DNA of 64,000 bases from Candidatus Fraserbacteria bacterium (GCA_037440025.1 JBBIUX010000001.1:11700-75699); one strand, 5' to 3'. Numbered from the stretch's first letter, positions 45,280 through 53,657 are shown. The notes: generated by a model not told the origin, from the letters alone. A program made the numbers and translations.

Positions 45280-45456
45280 CTATTTCTTCGCCTCACCTGC
45301 CTTCCGCTCCTCCTCCCACTGCTTGCGCATCTCCTGCATCTGTCTCATCATCTCAGGGTTGCGCGCCCATTCGACGCTCTTCTCCTCCGGCTAGCCAAAG
45401 AGTTCCGGGTGCAAACAGTAGCCCCGCTCTTGCTCGGGCTTCATTTCTTCGACTGG
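45280..45456. repeat. cassette-boundary repeat, copy D (longest; in-frame TAG)
   Basis: The minus strand reads PVEEMKPEQERGYCLHPELFG*PEEKSVEWARNPEMMRQMQEMRKQWEEERKAGEAKK*. Confidence 0.75.
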
Positions 45457-45495
45457 CAGGCCCGATCTCCGAGGCGGCCATCAAAAGCCGAAGTC

Positions 45496-45723
45496 CTATG
45501 ACAGCAGGGCGACGAATCCCTCTACCGTCAGACCGGCTTTGCGGATCAGGCTGCGCACGAGGCCCCTGTCCAGCTCCTTGTGATTGGGCACAGAGAGCGA
45601 GTAAGGACTGCCCGACTGGCTAAGCACAAAGTGATTCCGCTGGCTCAGCCGGTCGAGGGTCCACCCAGCCTTGACGAACGCTCTCACCGCTTCTTCCCCG
45701 CTAACTCGTGGGAGACGAGGCAA
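45496..45723 (-). CDS. hicA: HicA-family (YcfA-like) toxin
   Basis: 75 aa. RVSGEEAVRAFVKAGWTLDRLSQRNHFVL..VPNHKELDRGLVRSLIRKAGLTVEGF. Confidence 0.75.
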   Translation of the reverse strand: MPRLPRVSGEEAVRAFVKAGWTLDRLSQRNHFVLSQSGSPYSLSVPNHKELDRGLVRSLIRKAGLTVEGFVALLS

Positions 45724-45954
45724 CTAGACGACCACCTCGACTTCGCGGGTCTCGACGGTCAACGGCATACCTTGCCGCTTGCGCACTTCCAGGCAGGCGA
45801 GGATTGCGTCCTTGATGTTCTCCAACGCTTCTTCCTGGGTGCGGCCTTGGGACATGCACCCAGGAATGGCCGGGCACTCGGCAATGATATAGCCGTCCTC
45901 GCCGGGCTCCAGGGTGACGAGGAGTTTCAAGACTTGGCGGCGCTGCTTAGCCAT
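45724..45954 (-). CDS. hicB: HicB antitoxin (UPF0150-type)
   Basis: 76 aa. GYIIAECPAIPGCMSQGRTQEEALENIKDAI. Confidence 0.75.
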   Translation of the reverse strand: MAKQRRQVLKLLVTLEPGEDGYIIAECPAIPGCMSQGRTQEEALENIKDAILACLEVRKRQGMPLTVETREVEVVV

Positions 45955-46293
45955 AACGATTCTTCCCCGATGAGATTATAGCCCGTGGGCTTCTCGTCGG
46001 CCACTCGTCAGGCTCCTGTTGACTCACCGGAGCCGGGCAGCTTTCAGCATCACTTCTGTGGCCGCGCCTCCATCGCCTGCTCCAGCGCCTGAAGCCGCTC
46101 CCATCCCGTGTGGGCTACACCCTCCGCATCCACTTTGAATTCCTCGAATTCCTCTGGCTGCTGGTCAACCAAAATCTGGGGGCAGCGTGAAGGGCTCCGC
46201 CCCGCGGGCCTTGAGGTCTTGGCGGATCCCCGAACAGTCACAGGACACCTCAAGACTTGGCGAGATCGCCAGCCTTGAGGTAGAATCAAAACC

Positions 46294-46503
46294 ATGAAGA
46301 AGTGGATCGTTTCAGACCCAGAGCATCTGGGGGGCGCTCTTAGGGTGCGCGGCACGCGGATCTCTATCGCCCTGCTGCTGGAGCTTCTATCCTGCGGTAT
46401 GACCATGGCTGAGATTGTGCAGGAATACCCCAGCCTCAGCGAGGAAGCTATCCGCGGGGCCTTAGAGGAGTTGGCTCACTCCGAGCTGCTGGCTGTCCCA
46501 TGA
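46294..46503 (+). CDS. DUF433 antitoxin-like protein
   Basis: 69 aa. IVSDPEHLGGALRVRGTRISIALLLELL. Promoter-like TTGGCG-18-TAGAAT at 46257-46286. Confidence 0.7.
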   Translation: MKKWIVSDPEHLGGALRVRGTRISIALLLELLSCGMTMAEIVQEYPSLSEEAIRGALEELAHSELLAVP

Positions 46504-46550
46504 AGATCCTGCTCGACGAGAACTTGCCCGAATGTGCGTCAGATGAGTAG
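46500..46550 (+). pseudogene. DUF5615 toxin remnant (16 aa)
   Basis: ATGA overlap with the DUF433 stop. MKILLDENLPECASDE* and then the convergent gene begins. Confidence 0.55.
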
Positions 46551-46576
46551 TCGCTCCAAGACGAAGCTGTTACGGG

Positions 46577-47368
46577 TCATCCTGCCGCAGCAGCCAGCCC
46601 AACCTCCCGCCCCCACACCCGCAGCCGCAGCGCCTCCGTTCGCGTCACCCCCTCAAGACTCTGCCCATTGCTCAGATAAATTTGCACGTGTAGCCCCTCA
46701 GAGCGCAACACCGTCAGCTGCCGCAGCTCGCTCTTGAGAAACTTCCGGACCTCCCCAGAGCGGAGCTGAACCGAAAACTCTTGCGTCAGCACTTCGCCGG
46801 AAAACACGCCGCCCGCTTGCGTCGCGATCAACTCGGCTCGTGTGCGCACCTGCTGAAAACTGAAGATCGCCCGGCTCAACAGACGCGCTTGCACGGTCAA
46901 CGGCAGTCTGTGATAGACCCCCCGCACCACAAAAGACTCTACCTGCTCCGGCTCGATCGAGAGCTCGAAGGGCTCTTGGACGAGCACGCGCATCGCCAAG
47001 GGCGAGACGAGCTGCCCAGCCCTAAGCTCAAACTCCCCATTGACAAAGAGCAGCACGCGCGGTTCTTCTCCGAAAGCGGGCAGATACCCCACGACCTCGC
47101 CCACGGGCGCCTCCCACCTCTGAGGGCCCCGGCCCGTCTCGATCTCAAACTGCAAACGCTCGCTCACGAGACAGCCCTGAAGAATCTGCCCGTCGGCCAG
47201 CACACCGTCCAAGCGGGCTAACTCGGAGAAGAAGCGCGTCTCGGGGGAAAGCTCTGCGCCGGGCTTTTCGGGCAGCGCCGGCCCCGGACAGCTCGGCAGT
47301 TGGCCAAAAGTGACTGCGCTCGGAAGCAGCGCCAGTGCAACGGCTAGAACGAAGATAATGGCTCTCAT
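46577..47368 (-). CDS. hypothetical secreted protein
   Basis: 263 aa. Signal peptide MRAIIFVLAVALALLPSAVTFG, GGAGG RBS. No domain recognised. Confidence 0.55.
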   Translation of the reverse strand: MRAIIFVLAVALALLPSAVTFGQLPSCPGPALPEKPGAELSPETRFFSELARLDGVLADGQILQGCLVSERLQFEIETGRGPQRWEAPVGEVVGYLPAFGEEPRVLLFVNGEFELRAGQLVSPLAMRVLVQEPFELSIEPEQVESFVVRGVYHRLPLTVQARLLSRAIFSFQQVRTRAELIATQAGGVFSGEVLTQEFSVQLRSGEVRKFLKSELRQLTVLRSEGLHVQIYLSNGQSLEGVTRTEALRLRVWGREVGLAAAAG

Positions 47369-47381
47369 GGTACCTCCTGGT

Positions 47382-47474
47382 GAGACCTAACCCCCGACCC
47401 CTTCCCGTAGGGGCACGGCATGCCGTGCCCCTACACCCCTCCCTCTTTAGGGGAGGGGCTAGGGGAGAGGTCTC
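47382..47474. repeat. GC-rich nested palindrome containing a perfect 28-bp palindrome
   Basis: Outer arms GAGACCT..AGGTCTC. Core GTAGGGGCACGGCA|TGCCGTGCCCCTAC (47407-47434). CCCCTCCCTCTTTAGGGGAGGGG hairpin. Confidence 0.8.
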
Positions 47475-47760
47475 AAAATACTTGCAACTGATACCATCCC
47501 GACCCCGAGGCCGCCACGACCTTCAGATAATAAATAGAGTCCGTCGCGGTGAGATCGCATCGGGGCAGCCATAGGCCGTCGAGCTGCGAATTTGATTGAG
47601 ATGACGGTCTAACAGATACAGATCGAAATCGTTCCCGAAGGTACAGAGCAAGGTCGCCGTGTAGCTGGTGCCGGAACTTGTACTCAGACGATAGAGATGA
47701 CTCTCGCCCTTGCTGATAAAGCGCGTGGGGGAGCTGGGCGCACTGAGAGACTCGTCTGTT

Positions 47761-47821
47761 TGTAGGGGCGTACGCACCTACAAACGGCAGATTGATCCGT
47801 CGGGGGAATTTCTACAAAGCC
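47761..47821. repeat. short palindromic repeat (TGTAGG..CCTACA plus GAATTTCTACAAAGCC)
   Basis: Shares TTTCTACAAAGCC with the right end of 39428-39570. Confidence 0.5.
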
Positions 47822-47826
47822 ACAGC

Positions 47827-50223
47827 CTATACCGTGACAGTTTGGTGCTTCAGTTCCTGCTCTTTCTCCGCGATCAACAGTCGCGTCTTAATGACCGTGT
47901 CGGGGTTGAGCGAGATGCTGTCAATCCCGCACTCGACTAAGAACTCTGCAAATTCCGGAAAATCCGAGGGCGCCTGCCCGCAAATCCCGATCTTGCGCCC
48001 CTTGCGACGCGCCACGTCAATGACGTGCCTGACTAAACGCTTCACAGCTTCGTTGCGCTCGTCGTAAATATGGGCAACTAATTCCGAGTCGCGATCCAAT
48101 CCCAATGCCAACTGGGTGAGATCGTTGCTCCCGATGGAAAAACCGTCAAAGATCTCGGCGAACTCTTCAGCTAAGAGCACATTGCTTGGGATCTCGCACA
48201 TCACGTAGACTTCGAGACCGTTCTCGCCCTGGCGCAGCCCAAACTCGGCCATCGTCTTGATGACTTTACGCCCTTCTTCGGGCGTCCGACAGAAGGGGAT
48301 CATCACTTTGATGTTTTTCAATCCCATCTCGTCGCGGGCTTTCTTGAGCGCTTGGCATTCTAGACCAAAGGCGTCTTTGTATTTGGGATCGTAATAGCGC
48401 GACGCCCCCCGCCAGCCGATCATCGGATTCGATTCCGACGGCTCGTAGAGCACGCCTCCGATGAGACTCGCATACTCGTTGCTCTTGAAGTCTGAGAGTC
48501 TCACAATGACGTCGTTGGGCCAGAAGGCCGCAGCGATCTGGGCGACCCCCGACGCGAGCCTGTCCACAAAGAACTGGGCTTTATCGCGATAGCCGACCGT
48601 TCTCTCGTCAATCTGTCTGACGATCTGGGCGATCTTCTCGTCGTGGGCCGCGCGAGCTTGAAGCTGCTCGTACTCCAAGAGCGCCTTGGGGTGAATGCCG
48701 ATGTGCGAACTAATAATAAACTCTTCGCGGGCCAGCCCGACGCCATCGTTGGGGATACGAGCTTGGGCAAAGGCCATCTCCGGGATGCCCACGTTCATCA
48801 TGATCTTTGTGCGTGTGCGGGGCAGCTGCGCCACATCAATGCGATCTACCCTGAACTTCAAGCGTCCAGCGAAGACGCGCCCTTCGCCCTGGGAGCAGTC
48901 TACCGTGATCTCTTGTCCGGTCTGAATCTTTTGTGTAGCGCCCTCAGCGCCGATGACGCAGGGGATGCCCAGCTCACGCGACACTATAGCGGCGTGACAT
49001 GTGCGGCCCCCGCGCTCGGTCACGATCGCTGAAGCGATCTTCATAATGGGCTCCCAATCGGGGTCAGTCATCTCAGTCACTAAGACCTCACCGGCGCGGA
49101 AACGCCCGATCTCTGAGACGTCACGGATGACGTGCGCTGGACCTTGTCCGATCTTGCTCCCCACAGGCTCACCACGCACTATGAGCTTCCCAGTCTCCTC
49201 AAGCACGCAGTTTTCTAATGTGCTTGCACTGTTAGCTCCATGCACGGTCTCCGGCCGCGCCTGCACAACGAAGAGTCTTTGAGTGACTCCGTCCTTGGCC
49301 CACTCGATGTCCATGGGACGCCCATAGTGCGCTTCGATCTGCATGGCCCAGCGCGCCAATTGCAAGACTTCGTCGTCACTGATGGAAAAACGCTGCTGCT
49401 CCTCAGAGCTGACGATCTCTTCGCGCAGGGCGCCGTTGGCGCAGACGAGCTTCTTCTGCTTGCTGCCCAGACGCTTCTCAATCAGTGCTTTGTAATTCTT
49501 TCTCAGTCCCGGCTTGAAGACGTAGAACTGATCGGGGTTGACCCGCCCCTGCACCACCAGTTCGCCGAAGCCGTAGGATGACGTCACATAGACGACGTTC
49601 TCAGCCCCTGACTCGGGGTCAATCGTAAAGAGCACGCCGGACGCTGCCAAATCCGAGCGAACGAGCTGTTGGACGACGACAGCGATATCGACGTCGCCGT
49701 TGGTGAAGCCGCGGTCGCGGCGATACGAAATCGCCCGGTCAGTGAAGAGGCTGGCGAAGCAGCGCCGCACTCGGTTCAGCAGCATCTCCTCGCCTTTGAT
49801 ATTCAAAAAAGTGTCGTGCTGGCCCGCGAACGAATGCTCTGCGGAGTCTTCGATAGTCGCCGACGAGCGCACGGCGACATCGGGGCTGCCGGTCTTTTGG
49901 ACAAGCTGGCGATATGCTTGGCGAATCTCGCCTTCAAGATCAGACGGCAGCGGCGCCTCGACAATCAAACGCCGGATTTTTTGTCCTTGGTCCGCGAGCA
50001 TCTGAACATCGCTCGTGTCCACCTCGGTGATAAGGGCGCGAATCTGCGTGTCAAGTCCTGTGCGACTCATAAAAGAACGATAGGCTTCGGCCGTGATCAC
50101 AAAACCGTCGGGAACTGGAATCCCCCGTAGAGTCTGGCGCATCTCCCCCAGTGATGCCCCTTTCCCTCCAACCAAGCCGACATCGGCTTGGCCCACCTCA
50201 TCCAACCATGCGATGCTTTTCAC
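47827..50223 (-). CDS. ppsA: phosphoenolpyruvate synthase (pyruvate, water dikinase)
   Basis: 798 aa. GGKGASLGEM, TERGGRTCHAAIVSRELGIPCVIG (phospho-His), C-terminal PEP-utilising domain GFSIGSNDLTQL. Confidence 0.95.
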   Translation of the reverse strand: MKSIAWLDEVGQADVGLVGGKGASLGEMRQTLRGIPVPDGFVITAEAYRSFMSRTGLDTQIRALITEVDTSDVQMLADQGQKIRRLIVEAPLPSDLEGEIRQAYRQLVQKTGSPDVAVRSSATIEDSAEHSFAGQHDTFLNIKGEEMLLNRVRRCFASLFTDRAISYRRDRGFTNGDVDIAVVVQQLVRSDLAASGVLFTIDPESGAENVVYVTSSYGFGELVVQGRVNPDQFYVFKPGLRKNYKALIEKRLGSKQKKLVCANGALREEIVSSEEQQRFSISDDEVLQLARWAMQIEAHYGRPMDIEWAKDGVTQRLFVVQARPETVHGANSASTLENCVLEETGKLIVRGEPVGSKIGQGPAHVIRDVSEIGRFRAGEVLVTEMTDPDWEPIMKIASAIVTERGGRTCHAAIVSRELGIPCVIGAEGATQKIQTGQEITVDCSQGEGRVFAGRLKFRVDRIDVAQLPRTRTKIMMNVGIPEMAFAQARIPNDGVGLAREEFIISSHIGIHPKALLEYEQLQARAAHDEKIAQIVRQIDERTVGYRDKAQFFVDRLASGVAQIAAAFWPNDVIVRLSDFKSNEYASLIGGVLYEPSESNPMIGWRGASRYYDPKYKDAFGLECQALKKARDEMGLKNIKVMIPFCRTPEEGRKVIKTMAEFGLRQGENGLEVYVMCEIPSNVLLAEEFAEIFDGFSIGSNDLTQLALGLDRDSELVAHIYDERNEAVKRLVRHVIDVARRKGRKIGICGQAPSDFPEFAEFLVECGIDSISLNPDTVIKTRLLIAEKEQELKHQTVTV

Positions 50224-50279
50224 GCTGACTGCCTCCTTCTTATGAGCATCCCGTACTCATAACTGAGTCAACTATTATT

Positions 50280-50309
50280 ACTATAAAATATTCACAAAGT
50301 GAATGTCAA
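50280..50309 (-). promoter_or_regulatory. ppsA promoter with embedded palindromic operator
   Basis: Minus strand CTTGACA-TTCACTTTGTGAATATTT-TATAGT. -35 at 50304-50309, -10 at 50280-50285, 18-nt spacer. Palindrome ATTCACAAAGTGAAT at 50290-50304. Confidence 0.5.
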
Positions 50310-50395
50310 GCGTCGAAAACGCTCTTTCGATCTGGGCTTTCCAACGCAAGCTCCTGAGGCATAAACTCGATAAGGGGTGTGCTCTACTCAGATGC

Positions 50396-50425
50396 TTGAC
50401 AAAGTGAATATTTGTGGGCTAAACT
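50396..50425 (+). promoter_or_regulatory. promoter of the HTH-GalU-like regulator with related operator box
   Basis: TTGACA (50396-50401), 18 nt, TAAACT (50420-50425). GTGAATATTT at 50404-50413 matches the box in the ppsA promoter. Confidence 0.5.
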
Positions 50426-50446
50426 TAATGACCGTGTGGAGGTGCT

Positions 50447-51595
50447 ATGGCCGTAAGAGATTCAAAGAAGTTGGCACGTCTTCTGCAAGAGCACCGTAAA
50501 CGGATCGGGCTGACCAAAGCCCAGCTTTCCCAACGTGCGGGGGTCTCGGCCAGCTTTCTGACATATTTAGAACAAGAGCGTCGCCACCCTTCTCCCTCTC
50601 TGTTAACGCGGCTGATGCAGGCACTCGACCTGACAGCCCGTGAGAAGAAAGAACTACTCAGTGCTGCCGGCTATCAACCCATAGAAGAGATGACGCCGCG
50701 CCTCCGGGACATCACAGAACTGCTGGCCGACCTGCCCCGGGCGGAGCGCGATGAGCTGACCGAAGAGTTTTCCAGACTGATCGGGCGGTGGAGGGAATTG
50801 CGCCACAAGCGCGTGCGCCGCGCCGTCATCCCCATAGCCGGCTGGCAACCACGCTTGCTCTCTCCAGAGCAATTGGGCAAGATGCTCCGTCCCGCCCTCG
50901 AAGAGACAGCTCTCGCTGGGCTTACCGAAGTCGTGCTCGTGCTCGCACCGGGCAAGACTGCACCCCTCTTAAAGCTTCCCCGCCAGCTCAAGGTGCGCAC
51001 GGTTGTCCAAGAGCCGCAGTTGGGTCTGGGTCATGCGATCTTGATCACTCGCGGCGTGATCGGCGACGAGCCCTTCGCCGTGATCTTGCCCGACGATATT
51101 CTCTTGGGCGAAGGCCGCCGCTGCCTGCGACAGATGGTGGAACTCTATAGAAAATATTACTGCAGTGTGCTCGCAGTCACCGGCATCGAAGGGGCAGCCG
51201 ATTTCAAAAACTATGGCATTGCTCAGCTCGACCAGCCCCTGCAAGAGAACGTTCATCTTATAGAAGAGCTTCAAGAGAAGCCAACTGACGGCAGCCGAAC
51301 GGGCCTAACTATCGTCGGCCGCTATGTGCTGACGCCTCAGATTTTTGAGGCGCTCCAGGCCACACCGCCGGACAAGAACAACGAACTGCAGTTGACCGAC
51401 GCGTTAAATATACTCTTGCGCCGCCAACGGATCTGTGCCTTGATCTATGAAGAGAAACTCTTCCGGGTGACCCCCATTAAAATGCTCTTAGAGCAATTGA
51501 TTGACGCGCTCGACGAGTCGCGCCCCGAACGGCTCGAACGAGCTATGCAGATCACACGGAAAGCGTTGCAAGCGTTGACCGCCCTGCGGTCTTGA
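50447..51595 (+). CDS. XRE-type HTH fused to a GalU-like (UTP-glucose-1-P uridylyltransferase fold) domain with degenerate catalytic loop
   Basis: N-terminus IGLTKAQLSQRAGVSASFLTYLEQERR. C-terminal domain colinear with GalU (GLGHAILITRGVIGDEPFAVILPDDIL, IVGRYVLTPQIF..ELQLTDAL), but the G-x-G-T-R-x-L-P-x-T-K loop reads AGWQPRLLSPEQ. Confidence 0.7.
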   Translation: MAVRDSKKLARLLQEHRKRIGLTKAQLSQRAGVSASFLTYLEQERRHPSPSLLTRLMQALDLTAREKKELLSAAGYQPIEEMTPRLRDITELLADLPRAERDELTEEFSRLIGRWRELRHKRVRRAVIPIAGWQPRLLSPEQLGKMLRPALEETALAGLTEVVLVLAPGKTAPLLKLPRQLKVRTVVQEPQLGLGHAILITRGVIGDEPFAVILPDDILLGEGRRCLRQMVELYRKYYCSVLAVTGIEGAADFKNYGIAQLDQPLQENVHLIEELQEKPTDGSRTGLTIVGRYVLTPQIFEALQATPPDKNNELQLTDALNILLRRQRICALIYEEKLFRVTPIKMLLEQLIDALDESRPERLERAMQITRKALQALTALRS

Positions 51596-51660
51596 GTCTC
51601 TTGCATCCTGTGCTCGAACTCGATAGACTTTGGCCCCACTCACATCGAACGACAGAGCAC

Positions 51661-52458
51661 ATGATTTATATTGCGCTCTTTCAGAAGAGCTTTCAGCGAA
51701 TGATGACGTACCGCGCGGCGACCATTGCGGGCATTGCGACGAATTTCTTTTTCGGCTTGCTGCGGGCGTATCTCTTCATTGCTGTCTTTGAAGCCAGCGG
51801 GCAGGCTCAGATCGGCGGCTACACGCTGCGCGATGCGATCACCTACACAGCGCTCACCCAAGCTATTGGCACACCTATTGCTATTCTGAGCTGGTGGTGG
51901 GAGGTCATGCGCGCGATCCGCTCAGGTGAGATTGTCTCCGATCTGACCAAGCCCTTTCACTACTTCGGTTTTTGGCTGGCGCGCGACGTGGGACGGGCAA
52001 CCTTTCACTTCATCTTTCGCGGGCTTCCGATCTTTCTGTTCTTCCCCTTCTTCTTTGAGCTGACATTGCCCAGTTCAGTGACACAGTGGGGGCTCTTTTT
52101 TCTGAGCGTGGTGCTGGCCGTCTTCATCAGTTTCTGTTGGCGCTTTCTCGTTAATCTCTCGGCCTTTTGGTTCTTAGATGCCATGGGCATCGGGCGGTTC
52201 GCCTGGCTTGTCATGACGTTCCTTTCGGGGTTTATCGTTCCCGTGGCGTTTTTCCCTGAATGGCTTAAATTCGCGGTTGCTCTGACGCCTCTGCCGGCGA
52301 TGATCAACACGCCCATCGAAGTCTATCTAGGGATCGCCCAAGGCGCAGGGCTATGGATGGCATTGGGGAGTCAGCTCGCCTGGGCTATCGGAATGGCACT
52401 ACTCTGTGCGTGGGTCTACCGTCGCGGAGTGCAGAAGCTTATCATTCAAGGAGGCTGA
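51661..52458 (+). CDS. ABC-2-type transporter permease
   Basis: About 6 TM segments. Start moved to MIYIALFQ (ATG 51661). Same-strand cluster with a second permease and an ATPase. Confidence 0.6.
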   Translation: MIYIALFQKSFQRMMTYRAATIAGIATNFFFGLLRAYLFIAVFEASGQAQIGGYTLRDAITYTALTQAIGTPIAILSWWWEVMRAIRSGEIVSDLTKPFHYFGFWLARDVGRATFHFIFRGLPIFLFFPFFFELTLPSSVTQWGLFFLSVVLAVFISFCWRFLVNLSAFWFLDAMGIGRFAWLVMTFLSGFIVPVAFFPEWLKFAVALTPLPAMINTPIEVYLGIAQGAGLWMALGSQLAWAIGMALLCAWVYRRGVQKLIIQGG

Positions 52459-52459
52459 G

Positions 52460-53254
52460 GTGCTCTCGCTCTACTTTGTCTTGATCGGTGCGCGGCTGCG
52501 CTCGCAAATGCAATATAAATTTTCGTTCATCGCCGATTTTCTGGCGACGTTCATCGGGATGGGCTTGGAGTTTGCCGGGGTTTTAGTATTATTTACACAC
52601 ATGCCGGCGCTGGGCGGCTGGACGCTCCCCGAAGTCGCCTTGCTCTACGGGACGGCAGAGCTTTCTTTCGCGCTGGCCAATATGACTGCGGAGGGATTTG
52701 ACGGTTTCGCGGGGGTCATACGCTTGGGAGAGTTTGATCGGCTTCTGTTGCGTCCGCGCAGCGTCTTCTTTCAGGTGCTCGCGTCGGAGTTTGCTTTGCG
52801 GCGCTTGGGGCGTGTGGCGCAGGCCGTGCTCGTGCTCAGCGCAGGGCTATGGCTCCTGCGAGCAGAGTGGGGTTTAGAGAGATGGCTCTTTCTCGGTTGG
52901 ACAGTGCTTGGCGGGACGGTCTTCTTTATTGGGCTTTTTGTGATCGGTGCGACGTTTTCGTTCTGGACGGTCGAAGGCTTAGAGGCTGTCAATATCTTCA
53001 CGCACGGCGGGGTGACGATGGCCAGCTACCCGCTCAATATCTTCGCTGAATGGCTGCGCAATTTCTTCGTCTTTGTGCTGCCCTTGGCGTTCGTCAACTT
53101 CTACCCTATGCTCTTTCTATTAGAGAAACCTGATCCGTTCGGGCTGCCGGGTTTTATGCCCTTTCTGGCGTTCCCGTTGTGTTCGTTAGTACTCTTGGTG
53201 GGAGTGTATTTTTGGCGTGTGGGCGTGCGGCATTATCAGAGTACGGGACACTAA
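52460..53254 (+). CDS. ABC-2-type transporter permease (second subunit)
   Basis: GTG 52460 behind AAGGAGG, 1 nt after the previous stop. Polytopic. Confidence 0.6.
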   Translation: MLSLYFVLIGARLRSQMQYKFSFIADFLATFIGMGLEFAGVLVLFTHMPALGGWTLPEVALLYGTAELSFALANMTAEGFDGFAGVIRLGEFDRLLLRPRSVFFQVLASEFALRRLGRVAQAVLVLSAGLWLLRAEWGLERWLFLGWTVLGGTVFFIGLFVIGATFSFWTVEGLEAVNIFTHGGVTMASYPLNIFAEWLRNFFVFVLPLAFVNFYPMLFLLEKPDPFGLPGFMPFLAFPLCSLVLLVGVYFWRVGVRHYQSTGH

Positions 53255-53264
53255 GGAGTGAATC

Positions 53265-53657
53265 ATGAAGCAGTACTATGTCTACATAATGACAAATAGA
53301 TCTAGAACACTCTATACGGGAGTGACCAATAATCTGGAGCGACGCGTGTACGAGCACAAGCAGAAGTTGATACCTGGCTTTACGAAAAAATACAATATCA
53401 CGCGATTGGTCTACTACGAGGTTTCCGATGACATTCGTGAAGCTATCAAACGAGAGAAGCAAATTAAAGGTTGGCTGCGAATCAAAAAAGTGGCTCTAAT
53501 AGAGTCTGTCAACCCTCACTGGAAGGACTTAGCAGAAAAATGGTGGCCTGTTTGTCATCCTGAGCGCAGCGAAGGATCTCAACAACAAGGGGATTCTTCG
53601 CTAACGCTCAGAATGACATGGAAGAAGGAGCTTTATGGCCCTAATAGAAGTCCGTGA
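53265..53657 (+). CDS. GIY-YIG nuclease-family protein with repeat-encoded tail
   Basis: YYVYIMTNRSRTLYTGVTNNLERRVYEH..IKREKQIKGW. After ..DLAEKWW the ORF reads through the 53554-53617 repeat (VCHPERSEGS..) and overlaps the ATPase start. Confidence 0.75.
   Translation: MKQYYVYIMTNRSRTLYTGVTNNLERRVYEHKQKLIPGFTKKYNITRLVYYEVSDDIREAIKREKQIKGWLRIKKVALIESVNPHWKDLAEKWWPVCHPERSEGSQQQGDSSLTLRMTWKKELYGPNRSP
53554..53617. repeat. GTCATCCTGAGCG..CGCTCAGAATGAC hairpin repeat (core of the MITE family)
   Basis: GTCATCCTGAGCGCAGCGAAGGATC-N14-GATTCTTCGCTAACGCTCAGAATGAC. Confidence 0.8.

Noticed and set aside
42819-45456. The four cassette-boundary repeats considered as integron attC sites
   Set aside because: No intI-type integrase is adjacent. 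The repeats lack the imperfect internal dyad (R''-L''/L'-R') and the GTTRRRY core. Their differences include conservative amino-acid changes in one frame, which fits decayed coding sequence better. Kept as a finding, but not called an integron.
44232-45501. Long plus-strand ORFs 44232-45008 (258 aa) and 44824-45501 (225 aa)
   Set aside because: They are antisense to recognisable TA genes and the repeats, have low-complexity Arg/Leu/Pro-rich translations, and show no RBS or domain. These are typical GC-rich shadow ORFs.
46050-46406. 118-aa minus-strand ORF between hicB and the DUF433 gene
   Set aside because: No recognisable domain or RBS. It overlaps the DUF433 promoter and start. Only the last ~40 aa look protein-like, so at most it is a remnant.
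47523-47777. 84-aa ORF with a pre-peptidase C-terminal (PPC)-like pattern (..NDFDLYLLD..)
   Set aside because: It is an isolated domain-sized piece without a signal peptide or catalytic partner, sandwiched between repeats. It is possibly a gene fragment, but the evidence is too thin for a call.
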